A stretch of 64,000 bases of DNA from Mobula hypostoma. Taxonomy: Eukaryota. Positions 11,384 to 25,325 of this stretch are shown here, one piece after another. The position numbers were made by a program, and so were the translations under genes. The notes under the pieces are model-generated. The model had not been told where the DNA came from, searched no databases, and worked only from the letters and a program-made list of their open reading frames with translations. Location of the stretch: assembly GCF_963921235.1 (NCBI RefSeq), contig NC_086103.1:9114001-9178000 (forward strand), in the 5' to 3' direction. Numbering within the stretch: the stretch's first letter is position 1; the number at the start of each line of letters is the position of its first letter.

Positions 11384-13816
11384 CTCATTTCGCGTATTGC
11401 AGCTGTAGATTTCAGAGTTTACCATTCCCGCACTTCCTTTCCCAAGAGGTTTCTGCTGTGCATAGGGAATATCTGTAGACGCTCCACGCTTGTGGGGTGT
11501 CGGGAATTCCCTCTTCACTGACCGCAAAGTTGAACATGACTCGTAACGGTAGCTCTGAGAAAGTGGATCTCCTCCGAACACCTCAACATAGTTAGGCGGT
11601 ATCTGAAGGCTTCTACGAGTTTTTTGAGTTCCATTTAAGTTCCTTGTTTCCAAACAGTAACAGACATTATATTGGCATCTAATTCCGTTACTGTTATTAT
11701 GAACTTTAATAGCAAGGATAATTAAAATTATGAGGAAAACGATAGATGTTCCTAATGCGATGACGAAGTAAAGGTTCAGTTTAGGGGAGAACTCGCGATC
11801 TTTGCTTAAGCTGGTGGCACTGGGGATCTTTCGACTTCCTGTCACAGATATTGCTATGGTTACCGTGGCTGATAGTGAGGGTGTTCCCTTATCTTTTACG
11901 ACAATCACCAGCCGTTGTTTTGTAGCATCCTTACTTCGAATACCACGGATAGTCCAAATATCACCAGAGTCTGCAGAAATCGTGAACAGATCGGGATGGG
12001 TAGCTTGAAAAATGTGGTAAGACAGATGGGCATTCTGACCAGCGTCGGCATCAGTAGCAGAGACCTTGACCACAAGATATCCAGGTTCAGCAAACCTGGA
12101 TATTGTCTCCATTACTGTTGACCCATACTCCGGTAAAGGATGTATAATCACCGGGGCGTTATCATTCTGATCAAGGATAACAAAATTAACAGTAGCGTTA
12201 CTGGCGCGGGGTGGGACACCGGAATCCTGAACCCTAATGTATATCTGGAAGTTTTTTAACTGCTCGTAGTCAAAGGATCTCTGAGCAAATATGACACCAC
12301 TCTGCGAGTTAATGGAGACATACGAAGCTACGGATGAATCCAGGATAGTAAAGTTCAGTCGGGAATTCTGTCCTGTGTCTGGATCGAAAGCTTTCAGGGA
12401 AAATATGGAGTCCCCAATAACGTTGTTCTCCATAACATTTACCGTGTATGCAGGCTGCGTAAATCTTGGCGCATTATCATTTACATCTGAAACTTCCACC
12501 TGGATAATTTCCTTAGCTGTGAGGGGTGGACGCCCTGCATCTGTGCAAGTCACCGTAATGTCATACCTAGAGGTAGTTTCATGATCCAGCGCATGCTGAA
12601 TAAAGAGTCTCCAATTGTTTTTCACAGGGGAATCTAACTTAAAGGGAAGATTATTCGGAATTCGACATCCGACATGCCCATTTTGCCCAGAATCCTTATC
12701 TTCCGCACTGAGGAGGGAGATAATGGTTCCCACTGGAGCATTTTCTGCCACGGCATTTGACAGGGACGTCACTGACAGCTCTGGAGCGTTGTCATTAACA
12801 TCGATAACACCCACAAACACATCACAGTGCTGGGGCATTGGGTAAGGGCCATTATCGATTGCTCGCAGATTAATCATAAGTGCTCTGCTTTTCTCATAGT
12901 CCAACGGTCCTTTTAGTTTGATTTCACCAGTTTTGGAATTCACACCAACTAATTCGCGAACCGCAGCTGAGTTATGGCTGCTGAGGGAGTACGTTATCTC
13001 TCCATTCGGGCCATCGTCCAAATCAGTGGCGTTTAACGTAATAATCAGAGTTCCTATGGGAGCTGATTCCAGCAGATTGACCTTATAAACCGACTGGGAG
13101 AAAACAGGAGAGTTGTCATTAGCATCGTTCACTGTGACTGTTACCTGGGCAGTGCCAGATTTCGCAGGTACCCCGCCGTCTTCAGCAAGTAGCGTTAACC
13201 TATGGGTCGATATCGTTTCCCTGTCCAATGCCCTTTGCAATACCAATACTGGGAACTTCCCTATACCATCGTGTACTTGTACGTCGACAATAAAATATTC
13301 ATTGGGAAGGAGATGGTATGTCTGCAAGGAATTAGTTCCAATGTCCGGATCTTGCGCGGCCTCGAGAGCGAATCGCGCTCCCGGTGCCATAATCTCTGAG
13401 ATTTCCAGTCCGGTCTGGCTTTCAGGAAAATTGGGAGCGTTATCATTTACATCGAGAATCTCCACTTCCACCTGGTACAGACCGAGGGGATTTTCAAGCA
13501 CAATGTTGAATGATAAAACGCATTCGGTGCTTGGCCCGCAAAGTTGCTCTCGGTCGATTCTTTCATTCACAAATAAAATCCCATTCTCCAAACTGACGTC
13601 AACATACCGCTTCCTCGGACTGGGCGCCACCCGTAATCTGCGAGCCGACAGCTGTTTTAAATTTAACCCCAAATCAAGCACGATATTCCCAATAAAAGCA
13701 CCTACTTGTAATTCCTCGGGAACAGAATAACGAATCTGGCCACGAACAAAATCCAAATGGGCAAACAAACAGCAAAACAGCTGATATTTCACCAACCAGT
13801 GTATATTATCTCTCAT
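11384..13816 (-). CDS. Clustered protocadherin variable exon V2 (subfamily A), 811 codons to the donor
   Basis: Six cadherin repeats, TM and VCD in ORF 11375-13816; phase-0 donor GAG|GTGAGT with GT at 11383-11382. Confidence 0.96.
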
Positions 13817-13989
13817 TTCCAGGAGAAATCATTCCAATAGTTTCGACCAGAGACAAAGCCTTTTAGCAGCGATTTAGGCAAATGATAATTTGCGATGCGG
13901 AAAACACCAGCCCCCTTTTTACGATATTCTCTGTTATCTGCATTGAAATGTTCTTACGTCGTCTCCAATTTGAAACGAACTGTGTATAA

Positions 13990-14220
13990 ATACTCCGGTG
14001 CTGCTTGCTATACTGTTTTCACGGCGTCTGAGCCTAAGCCATAGCTGCTGGGTACTGAAGGGGGCTGTGCGGATCACCAGTCACACCTCAGCTTCTGATT
14101 GGTCGATAATGCAGTATTCATATCTGACCAATTAGAATTCATCTGATTTCTTAAAGCAAGAAGTGCTCAATTTGGCGCAACTTCTTACATTTAATAGTGT
14201 ACAATTGAAATTTGTTTCAG
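13990..14220 (-). promoter_or_regulatory. Conserved promoter of V2
   Basis: GGGGCTGTGCGGATCAC; ATTGG 14098-14102; CCAAT 14128-14132; TTTCTTAAAGC; GTACAATT. Confidence 0.8.
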
Positions 14221-14850
14221 CATGCCAGATTATTTTGATTTCTGCGGAAATTTCAGTCCTTGATTGTCATTTCAGAAACTATCATACAGTGAATATCTTA
14301 AATGACAAACACGAGATAAAACCCCGAGGATCGCAATCAAATTCAATCAAGCGACTCCTCTTGCTGATAATCAAATGACATGCGGGATCCATATATATTT
14401 GTTACATCATGGGTTTACAATGGTGGGCACCTACTAATTAATTCTTATCGAACCCTGTCAACGCCCACCAAATAAAGTAAAAGAAAAAGAAGAGAAAAAT
14501 TCCTTTACCAGGATGAAAAATCTCTCTTTGCAGCAGTTTTAAACGAATATTTGTATAGCCAAAATATGTTTCTGTCCATAATAAATAGCCGAGTAAATTT
14601 GTTTGTCTATAGCTTTTTATAATTTAAATGTTATCAATGAAATGCTTCCGGTTGTCGTTACGTCAAGCAAAAGCTAATATTTTTGCCTCTTCGTAAAATT
14701 TCAGCCAGAATTCCACAATGTCTCTGTTTAGTCCTAATATCAAATGTGATCTATTGCTGTTACTAAAGAAATGAATGGAAACTTAATCGATAGACGCCGC
14801 TCTACTGAGGCAAAAACTGATAGTCACTAAGGTACTTTAACTTTCTCTGG

Positions 14851-15089
14851 TTCATAGACCAGCAGATCTTGCAATTTTAATTCCTCAGTTTTCGAATTCA
14901 CGCCATCTACTTCGCGAATTTCATCTGAGTTATGGCTGCTGAGGGCAGAAGTTTTCTCTCCATTCGGGCCAGCATCCAATTAGTGGCGTTTAACGTAATA
15001 ATGGGAGATACTATGGAAGCTGATTAGAGCATAGTGACCTGATTACAGCAACTACGAGAATACAGGAAAATTGTCATTCGCATCATTCA
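14851..15089 (-). pseudogene. Relic fragment of a lost protocadherin variable exon (EC2/EC3 junction and first part of EC3)
   Basis: Minus strand reads NDANDN.PVF...(stops, frameshift)...LDAGPNGEKTSALSSHNSDEIREVDGVNSKT and aligns to V2 ~12895-13131. Confidence 0.85.
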
Positions 15090-16105
15090 AAGTGATTGTG
15101 AAGACCACAATCTGTGTGGATTGGTAATAACATCTCCACCTCACTGACAATCAACACTGCGCATCTCAGAGATGCGTGCTCAGCGCACTGATCCGCTCTC
15201 TCTGGACCCATGACTGTGTGGCTAGGCATGGTTCCAGTGCTGATCATACAACCATGTTGGCAGAATCTCAGATGGTAACAGCGGGCGCACAGAAGGGAGA
15301 TATACCAGCTGGCTGAGTGGTGTCGCAGCAACAACCTTGCACACATTGACAATAAGACCAAAGAGCTGATTGTGCACATCAGAAAGAGTAAGACGAGGAA
15401 ACATGAACCAATACTCACAGAGGAATCAGAAGTGGAGAGAGTGAGCAATTGCTAGTTCCTGGGTGGCAACATCTCTAAGGATCTATCCTGGTCACAACAT
15501 ATCGATGCAGCTATACAGGAGGCAAGACTACGGTTATATTTTATTAGGAGTTTGAGGAAATTTAGTTTATCACCTGAAATACTCGAAAACTTCTACCGTG
15601 GAGAGCATTCGAACAGGCAGCATCACCGTCTGGTATGGAGGGAGGGCGGGAGTGGTGGTGGGGGTTACTGCATAGGATCGAAGTAAACTGCTGAAAGTGT
15701 TTATATTAGTCAACTCCATCATGCGTACCACCCTGTGTAGTATCCAAGACAAGTTCAAGGAGTGCTGCCACAGAAAGGCGGTGTCCATCATGCCCTTTTC
15801 TCATTGTTACCATCAAGAAAGAGGTACAGAAGCCTGAAAGCACACATTCAGCGTTTCAGGAACATTTTCCCCTCTGCCATCCAATTTGTAAATAGACATT
15901 GAACCCATGAACATTACCTCACTCGTTCTTTTATTTCTGTTTTGCAATACTTACTTAAAGTTAACCTTTTAATATACACGTGTATACTTGCTGTAATTCA
16001 GCTTTTTTTCTATATTTATCATGTGCTATCATGTATTGTAAAGTTAACATATTTCACGACATATGCCGGTGATATTAAACCTGCTTCTGATACAGATTCT
16101 GATCA
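15090..16105 (+). mobile_element. Decayed Rex/Babar-like non-LTR retrotransposon 3' portion
   Basis: RT C-terminal remnants (EWCRSNNL, KTKELIV, FLGGNISKDLSW); ends GATATTAAACCTG...GATTCTGA. Confidence 0.65.
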
Positions 16106-16849
16106 TGTAAACGCACAGCATGCAAACGCACTCCAAAAACAAAAGCTGGAGTGATTGACTGTGTTCAAAATGTAATGCAGAATGCAATCCATTAAGTGTC
16201 TTCCTTTTAGCGAAGTGAATAGAACAGTAACTTGTAGAATACTTCGCTAGTAACTCAAAAATCAATATTCTTTGGAGTACTTTAATATTCTCTGCTTTCA
16301 TCCTTGTTATACGTTTAGCTTTGACTAGGAATCATAAATCACAATTGTTTCACTGCTCCTAAATGGAGTTCTTGGAACTTCTTCTGCAGTAACTTTGCAG
16401 GAGATCCACCACCTCATTGCTTTATAATGATGTCTCTTTGCCACTTTCCTAAAGGCCTCGTCGGATGGGTAACACTAGCCTTACCGATGACACCCACAGC
16501 ACTATACAAAAAATCATAACTTTCTGCTACTCTGTAAAGCAAAGCATCACTTCAGTAATTCCTTAGGGTTCTGAGTAGACGCTTCCATCTCGGACACTTC
16601 GTAAGCTATATTCCAGCATAGTATTATAATTGGGAAAGTTTGGTATTGACCACACGATGCAAATTTATATTCAACATTCCCTAAATAGGCAAGCTATCCA
16701 TACTCACATGAAAGAAGCTCCACAGAATACTGTTGCTTTGACTTGTAACTCAGGAAGCACTCCTATATAGCAGAATTGCTTGCCATTGCCCATTCCGAGC
16801 AACCACTTCTCCTCGAGTTAAGTCAACGGTGCCATCATTGATGTCACAT

Positions 16850-17883
16850 GCAGTGACTAGTGGGGTACCGCAGCTCAGTGCTGGGACCCCAGTTGTTTAC
16901 AATATATATTAATGACTTGGATGAGGGAATTAAATGCAGCATCTCCAAGTTTGCGAATGACACGAAGCTGGGCAGCAGTGTTAGCTGTGAGGAGGATGCT
17001 AAGAGGATGCAGGGTGACTTGGATAGGTTAGGTGAGTGGGAAAATTCATGGCAGATGCAATTTAATGTGGATAAATATCAGGTTATCCACTTTGGTGGCA
17101 AAAACAAGAAAACAGATTATTATCTGAATTTTGGCCGATTAGGAAAAGGGGAGGTGCAACGAGACCTGAGTGTCATTATACACCAGTCATTGAGAGTGGG
17201 CATGCAGGTACAGTAGGCGGTGAAAAAGGCGAATGGTATGCGGGCATTCATAGCAAGAGGATTCGAGTACAGGAGCAGGGAGGTACTACTGCAGTTGTAC
17301 AAGGCCTTGGTGAGACCACACCTGGAGTATTGTGTGCAGTTTTAGTCCCCTAATCTGAGGAAAGACATTCTTTCCATAGAGGGGGTACAAAGAAGGTTCA
17401 CCAGATTGATTCCTGGGATGGCAGGACTTTCATATGATGAAAGACTGGATCGGCTAGGCTTATACTCTCTGGAATTTAGAAGATTGAGGGTGGATCTTAT
17501 TGAAATGTATAAAATCCTAAAGCGATTGGACAGGTGAGATGCAGGAAGATTGTTCCCGATGTTGGGGAAGTCCAGAACGAGGAGTCACAGTTCGAGGATA
17601 AAAGGGTAGCCTTTTAGGACCGAGATTAGGAAAAGCTTCTTCACACAGAGAGTGGTGAATCTGTGGAATTCTCTACCACAGGAAACAGTTGAGGCCAGAT
17701 CATTGGCTATATTTAAGAGGGAATTAGATATGGCCCGGCTAAAGGGATCAGGGGGTATGGAGGGAAGGCAGGTACAGGGTTCTGAGTTGGATGATCCGCC
17801 ATGATCATACTGAATGGCGGTGCATGCTTGAAGGGCCGAATGGCCTACTCCTGCACCTATTTTCTATGTTTCTATGTTTCTAT
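16850..17883 (+). mobile_element. CR1 LINE, 5'-truncated, relatively young copy
   Basis: SVLGPQLFTIYINDLDEGI/KFANDTKL; (CTATGTTT)n tail at ~17860-17883; closely matches 30040-31080. Confidence 0.92.
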
Positions 17884-19113
17884 TCGCATTTTCACAAAAT
17901 ACTGGTTTGACAACTTAAGTGCTATAGTTATGACGGATTTTTGTTGTTCCTCTAGCCTTCTGAAAATTGAAAGCCACAAATCAGTTTTTTGCTTGAATAT
18001 TTAATATCTACCCGAATATCTAACTGTGTCATTACACATAACACTCAATACCATTCAACGCAAAACCTTCATCCTGATTAGCAGTACGGAAAAGTCATTC
18101 CACTGCAGAATTCGCTAGCCTAACTCAACTTTCTCCCAGACCTGGCCAATAAAGGAATGTAAATGAACTAGGCAGGAACTGCACGGCAACGTCCCATGCC
18201 CTACTAAGACATACCTCTCTATGTATCAGCAACATTTGAAATTGCCGCATGCATACATTGGCTTTGATAAGAGACCGTATATTTTGATTCTGTGGGCTTT
18301 GGGAGCTCTCCGTAGACCTTCACCAATAAGAAGGAGGTACTCAGAATCTTGTTGGAATATATTCTCTTGCATTAAACTGGCAACTCCCTGAGCATAGAGA
18401 GTTCCATAACGCCTAGTACGGAAGGTCTAGGCTCATTTGTAGCAGATAATGTACTGTGGATAATTTAGATACGAATTAAGGAACCAAAATGTATTGAAAT
18501 ACTCATCTTGTCAAGCAGCACCGCCGAAGAGAAAACCAAATATAAATTTACAGACTGATCAACTTACATCGAATTCGAATTTAAGGTTAACGGCTGGAAA
18601 CGTGCAGCCTTGCTTCTCGCTTCTGAGATGTCGCAGCAATTTTTGCATTACGTACAGTATTTACGCTTTGCAGCACCTACGTGCCTCCACGCCCCCACCC
18701 CCCAGATTTGAAACACGTGGCGACCGTCGGAATCTGGGAAAAACTGCTGCTTTCAACGGAAGCGCTCAGAACAAGGATGTTCACCAGTTTACTCGCAGTT
18801 TTTGCACGATACTGAAAATATAAAGTGTAGGGAATATAGACAAGTTTTACCTCACACAGACCACTACGATAAACGTCAATTGCGATAGCAATTCTTTACA
18901 GAATCACGTGAGCTTCCGGGATCTGGTGCAGTAATGCGATGACAATATATTTAATGTTGAAAGAATTCAAATAGATTAAAAGGAATATATGGAAATTAGG
19001 CATTTGGCTCAAAACCACTATGCACAAAATGCTTTGACCTAGATAATAATTCCGGCCCCTTAAGCGCATTCGCCCTAAATTCCAAAACTATTTTTTTTTG
19101 CGAAGTAGCTCAC

Positions 19114-21546
19114 CTCGTTCTTTGTTTTGCAACTGTAGACTTCAGAGTTTAACATGCCAGGGTCTTCTTTCACTATGGATTTCTTTTGGCTGCAGGGAAC
19201 GGATGAAGATGGTCCGTGCGGGGTTGCAAAGTCTCTCTTCATGGTCTGCAAAGTCGAACACGACTCGTAACGGAAACTCTGGGAAAGTGGATCACCTCCG
19301 AATACTTCGACATAGTTCGGAGGTATCTGAAGGCTTCTACTGGCTTTTTGAGTCCCATTTAGAAAGTTGCTTGTTTCCAAACAGTCACAAACATCGCATT
19401 GGCATTCCATTCCGTTTCTATTATTATGAACTATAATAGCAAGAATAATTAAAATTACGAGCAAAATTATAGATATAGACCCTAACGCTATGACTAAGTA
19501 AAGGTTTCGTTTGGGAGAGAACTCACGATCGTTGCTTAAGCTAGTGGAGCTGGAGATCGTTTCACTTCCTGACACAGATATCACTATGGTTACTGTGGCT
19601 GAAAGCGAGGGCGTTCCGTGATCTTTTACGACAATCTCAAGTCTTTGCTTAGAAGCATCCTTGCTCTGAATCGCTCTGATAGTCCAAATTTCACCGGTGT
19701 CTGCTGAAATAGTGAAAAGATCACGATTGGTAGCCTGAAAAATGTGGTAAGACAGCCGAGCATTCTGACCAGTATCGGCGTCAGTAGCCGAGACCTTGGC
19801 AACGAGATATCCAGGTTCAGCAAACCTGCTTATTGTCTCCATTACGGTTGACCCATACTCGGGCACAGGATGCACGATCACCGGGGGATTATCGTTCTGA
19901 TCAAGGATATTAACATTGATTGTAGCGTTACCGGCCAGGGGTGGGACTCCAGAATCCTGAACCCTAATATATATCTGAAAGTTTTTTAACTGCTCGTAGT
20001 CAAAGGATCTCCGAGCAAATATCACACCACTCTGCGAATTGATGGAGACATACGAAGCTGCGGATGAATTCAGGATAGTAAAGTTCAAGCGGGAATTCTG
20101 TGCCGAGTCTGGATCGAATGCGTTCAGAGAGAATATGGAATTCCCAATGGCGTTGTTTTCCATGATATTTGCCGTGTATGTAGGCTGTGTAAAGCTTGGG
20201 GCATTATCATTTACATCTGAGACTTCCACATGGATCGTTTCCTTTGATGTGAGGGGAGGGCTCCCTGTGTCCATGCAAGTTAGAGTGATGTCATAACTCG
20301 ATGTAGTTTCGCGATCCAGCGAACGCTGTATAAGCAATATCCAACTGTTAGTTATGGACGAATCTAACTTAAAGGGAAGTTTATTTGGAATTTGACATTG
20401 TACTTGCCCATTTTGCCCAGAATCTTTATCTTCTGCGCTGATAAGGGCGACAATAGTTCCTACTGCAGCATTTTCTGCTACGGCATTTGCACTGGATGTG
20501 AAGGTCAGCTCGGGAGCGTTGTCATTCACGTCCATTACATCCACCAGCACATCACAGTGTTGGGACATCGTGGGATGACCATTATCGATTGCTTGAATAT
20601 TAATCATAAATGTTCTTTGCTGTTCATAGTCCAACCGTCCTTTCAGTCTGATTTCACCAGTTTTGGAGTTCACGCTAACTAAGTCGCGAACCTCAGCTGA
20701 ATTATGGCTGCTGAGGGCGTATATTATCTCTGCATTTCGACCATCGTCCAAATCAGTGGCATTTACCGTGATAATCAGTGTTCCTGTGGGAGCCGATTCC
20801 AAAATATTGACCTTATAAACCGACTGCTGGAAAACAGGAGAGTTGTCATTCGCATCGCTCACCGTTATTGTTGCCTGGGCCGTGCCCGATTTCACAGGGA
20901 CTCCGCCGTCTACGGCAACTAGAGTTATCTGATGGGTCGATATCCTTTCTCTGTCCAAAGCCTTTTGCAGCACCAATAACGGGAACTTCCCTATACCATC
21001 TCGTACCTCTGCATCAAGAACAAAGTAATCATTGGGAAGGAGCTGGTATGTCTGTAAGGAGTTAGTTCCAATATCCGGATCGTGCGCAGCTTCAAGGGGA
21101 AATCTCGCTCCCGGTGCCATAATTTCTGAGATTTCCAGGCGTATCTGGCTTTTAGGGAAACTGGGAGCATTGTCATTTACATCGAGAATCTCAATTTCCA
21201 CCTGGTGCAGAGCGAGGGGATTTTCAAGCACAACATTGAATGTTAAAACGCATTCGGTGCTCGGCCCGCAAAGTTGTTCCCGGTCGATTCTTTCATTCAC
21301 AAATAAAATTCCATTCTCCAAATTTACGTCAACATACCGACTCCTCGGACTGGGCGCCACCCGCAATCTTCTAGACGGTAGCTGCTTTAAATCTAACCCC
21401 AAATCAATTGCGATATTCCCAACAAAGGCACCCAGCTGTAATTCCTCGGGAATAGAGTAACGAATCTGCCCAGAAGCTAGATTCCAACGACAGAACAAAG
21501 AGCAAAACAGTTGGTATTTCAATAGCCAGTTTATATTATCTCTCAT
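19114..21546 (-). CDS. Clustered protocadherin variable exon V3 (subfamily A), 811 codons to the donor
   Basis: ORF 19075-21546 with six cadherin repeats, TM and VCD; phase-0 donor GAG|GTGAGC with GT at 19113-19112. Confidence 0.96.
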
Positions 21547-21719
21547 TTCCAGGAGAAATCATTCCAATGGTTTCGCCCGGATGCGAAATCTTTTTTTTAT
21601 TGCGGTTTCAATTATAACGGATAAATTCATGCAAAAAATATCTGTACCTTTTACCAAATTTACTCTTCTGTTTCTATTGAAATGCTCTCATATTGTCTCC
21701 GGTTTGAAACAAGTAAAGG

Positions 21720-21945
21720 CTCTGTTACTGCTGGCTCTGCCGTTTTCACGGCGTCTGATCTTACGCGAAGGCAGCTGGGTATGAAGGGGGCTGTGCAGAT
21801 CACCAGTCACATCTTAGCTTCTGATTGGTTGACAAGGTAGCACTCATATCTGCCCAATTGGAATTCAGCTCATTTCTTAAAGCAATAAGTCGTTAATTTG
21901 GCGCTCGGCCGTTGTATTTATTACTGCACAGTCGAAATTGCTTTT
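21720..21945 (-). promoter_or_regulatory. Conserved promoter of V3
   Basis: GGGGCTGTGCAGATCAC; ATTGG 21824-21828; CCAAT 21854-21858; TTTCTTAAAGC. Confidence 0.8.
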
Positions 21946-22209
21946 AGTATTTCAGACCTTTCAGACTTTTACGGGTATTTTTCCCCAGAACCACGGTTTC
22001 AACAATTACGGCACAGTGAATCTGTTGCAGATAAATTGTAAAGAAAAAAAACCCTTTGGAAAGTGATTAAAGTTAACTACATAAATCCTTTTGCAGAGTT
22101 TCTAATTAAATGCATGCTACATGTAGAGTGTTACATCGTGATATTACAAACATTGTCACCTGTTAATACTCATTGAACAATCCTGTCGCACTTTCCAACA
22201 GACCAAAGC

Positions 22210-23425
22210 AATTTTCAATATTTATATAAATGAAAAGTTTCTAAATATCAAAGAATTTACCATAAAGAGCAGTAAACAGTAAAAACTAAATCAAATCAAT
22301 ATTTGATGTGTCTACCCTTTATATTTCATATTGCATCAGTTCTCTTAGGTATAGTGCCGTGCAGTTTTATAAAAATAGGGGCTGATAGGTTGCTCCAAGC
22401 ACCTGGGAGAACTTGCCACAATTCAACAACAGACATTGGCTGTCTCACTGACTCCTGTATATCCAGGTAATATCTCACAGCCTCGATGACGTTGAGATCA
22501 GGGCTCTGTGGAGGCCATACCAACCGTTGCAGAATCCCTTGTTCTTCATTTTCGCTGAAGATAGTTCCTTATGATCTTGGTCGTCTGTTTGGGGTTATTG
22601 TCCTCCAGCAGAATGAAGATGGGACAGATCGGGCCAGCCTACGGTATTGCGTGATGGATGAGAATCTAGTTGTACTTCTCAGCATTGAGGATTCGAATAA
22701 CTCTGACTAGATTACCAACTCCATCTGCAGAAATACAGCCATAAACCTGCAGGGAACCTTGGGCGAGCTTCTTTTCTGGCTGTAGACAATCATCCATGTA
22801 GCGCTCTCCAGCTCTTCCACTGACAAACTGATTTCTATCTGAGCCAAAATTGTTAAATTTTGACTCGTCAGCCCAGAGTACTTGCTGGCATTGATTAGCA
22901 CCCCAGTGCTGTGTTTTTGTGCGTTGGCGAGACTCTTGGCTTTGTTTCCACTTCGGAGGAATGGCTTTTTGGCATCAACTCTTCCATGGAGACCATTTCC
23001 TACAAGACTTCTCCAGACTGTAGAAGGTGGTACTTTGGGTTCTTGTGGTTTCTGTGAGTTCACAGCTGATAGCAGTTTTGAACTTCTTTCAATTTAGAAT
23101 GGACGTCAGATTAATATATCATTCATCTGCTGCGTTCAGCTTCTGTGGCGGACAAATACGTTTCTGGTCCACAGCCTTTTTCGTTTCTTTGTACTCTTTA
23201 AGAAGAGTTTTGACAGCACACTTTGAAACTCTTGTCGGCCGTGAAATTTGTGTTTGGGAGAAACGTTGCTGATGCACGATGCCCACCTTGTGTATTGAAT
23301 AGCTATGGGGTAAGAATTGATGATCTAAACGTTAACCTGTCACATATGTCTCAGCCTCACCTTTTAGTCTAGTTGACTTTCGCCCAATTTGATTACTTCT
23401 ACACTCGTTTCTGTTTCAATTAATC
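22210..23425 (-). mobile_element. Decayed Tc1/mariner transposon
   Basis: Transposase remnants WPPQSPDLNVIEAV (ORF 22326-22523) and GLHGRVDAKKPFL (ORF 22707-23063). Confidence 0.8.
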
Positions 23426-23429
23426 AAGT

Positions 23430-25055
23430 ATATTAGATGTTTCAGAAAGGACAGGGAGGGAGGCAAACCAGGCTTTAGATGTTTCAGGAAGGACAGTGAG
23501 GGAGGCTTCATAGGTGGGGGCGTGGCACTGTTGATCAGAGATATTGTCACGGCTGCAGAAAAGGAGGAAGACGTGGAGGGGTTGTCTACGGAGTTTCTGT
23601 GGGTGGAAGTTAGGAATAGGAAGGGGTCAATAACTCTACCTCGTGTTTTTTATGGACCACCCAATAGTAACAGGGACATCGAAGAGCAGATAGGTAGACA
23701 GATACTGGAAAGGTATAATACTAACAGGGTTGTTGTGGTGGAAGATTTTAATTTCCATAATATCGATTGGCATGTCCCTAGAGCGAGAGGTTTGGATGGG
23801 GTGGGGTTTGTTAGGTGCGTTCAAGAAGGTTTCTTGACATAATCTGTGTGCAGTTTTGGTCACCTAATCTGAGGAAAGACATCCTTGCCATAGAGGGAGT
23901 ACAAAGAAGGTTCACCAGATTGATTCCTGGGATGGCAGGACTTTCATATGAAGAAAGACTGGATGAACTGGGCTTGTACTCGTTGGAATTTAGAAGATTG
24001 AGGGGGGATCTGATTGAAACGTATAAAATCCTAAAGGGATTGGATAGGCTAGATGCAGGAAGATTGTTCCCGATGTTGGGGAAGTCCAGAACAAGGGGTC
24101 ACAGTTTGAGGATAAAGGGGAAGCCTTTTAGGACCGAGACTAGGAAAAACTTCTTCACACAGAGAGTGGTGAATCTGTGGAATTCTCTGCCACAGGAAAC
24201 TGTTGAGGCCAGTTCATTGGCTATATTTAAGAGGGAGTTAGATATGGCCCTTGTGGCTACGGGGATCAGGGGGTATGGAGGGAAGGCTGGGGCGGGGTTC
24301 TGAGTTGGATGATCAGCCATGATCATAATAAATGGCGGTGCAGTCTCGAAGGGCCGAATGGCCTACTCCTGCACCTATTTTCTATGTTTCTATGTTTCTA
24401 TAATATGCAGATACGCCTTCAAGAGGAGAGGTTGTACTTGACCTGGTATTGGGAAATTAACCTGGTGAGGTGTCAGATCTCTAGGTGGGAGAGCATTTTG
24501 GAGACAATTCTATCTCATTTACCACAGCATTGGAGAACGATAGAAACAGACAAGTTAGCAAAGCGTTTAATTGGAGTAACGGGAAATATGAAGCTCTCAG
24601 GCAAGAACTTGGAAGCATAAATTGGGAACAGATGTTCTCAGGGAAATGTACGGAAGAAATGTGGCAAATTTTCAAGGCATATTTGCGTGGAATTCTGCAT
24701 AGGTACATTCCACTGATACAGGGAAAGGATGGTAGGGTACAGGAACCGTCGTGTACAAAAGCTGTTGTAAATCTAGACAAGAAGAAAAGAAGAGCTTACG
24801 AAAAGTTAAAAAAACTAGGTAATGATAGAGATTTAGAAGATGATGAAGCTAGCTGGAAGGAGCTCAAGAAAGAAATTAGAAGAGCCAGAAGTGGCCATGA
24901 GAAGGCCTTGACGGACAGGATTAAGGAAAACCCCAAGGCATTCTACAAGTATGTGAAGAGCAAGGGGATGAGACGTGAGAAAATAGGACCATTCAAGTGT
25001 GACAGTGGAAACGTGTGTATGGAGCCGGAGGTGATAGCGGAGGTACTTAATGGGT
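23430..25055 (+). mobile_element. Old CR1 ORF2 (endonuclease and tether region) interrupted by a younger CR1
   Basis: GGGVALLI, FYGPPNS, DFNFHNIDW and CVQEGFLT, resuming after 24400 as YADTPSRGEVVLDLVLGN...ENPKAFYKYVKSK. Confidence 0.8.
23844..24400 (+). mobile_element. Young 5'-truncated CR1 nested in the older CR1
   Basis: CVQFWSPNLRKDILAIEGVQRRF ORF end; (CTATGTTT)n tail; short (A)TAAT target duplication. Confidence 0.9.
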
Positions 25056-25325
25056 AAATGGCAAATATTCTGCATAATTTTCACTAAAAGTAAAGCTAAT
25101 GTGATCGCCATGTCAAGAATGTAAACTGCAATGCCATCAGATCTACCACTAAATCTATTTCAAGATCTGATAAGACGCCACCTATAGGCCTTACTCCAGA
25201 AATGAATGCAAAATTATTTTGTAGTATGCTACTCCACTGACTCACAACTCAATATTGACTTGATTTGTTTCACATACCCTGGTTTTACTACTGATGTACG
25301 TTAAACTTTGTCTAATGATCATATA

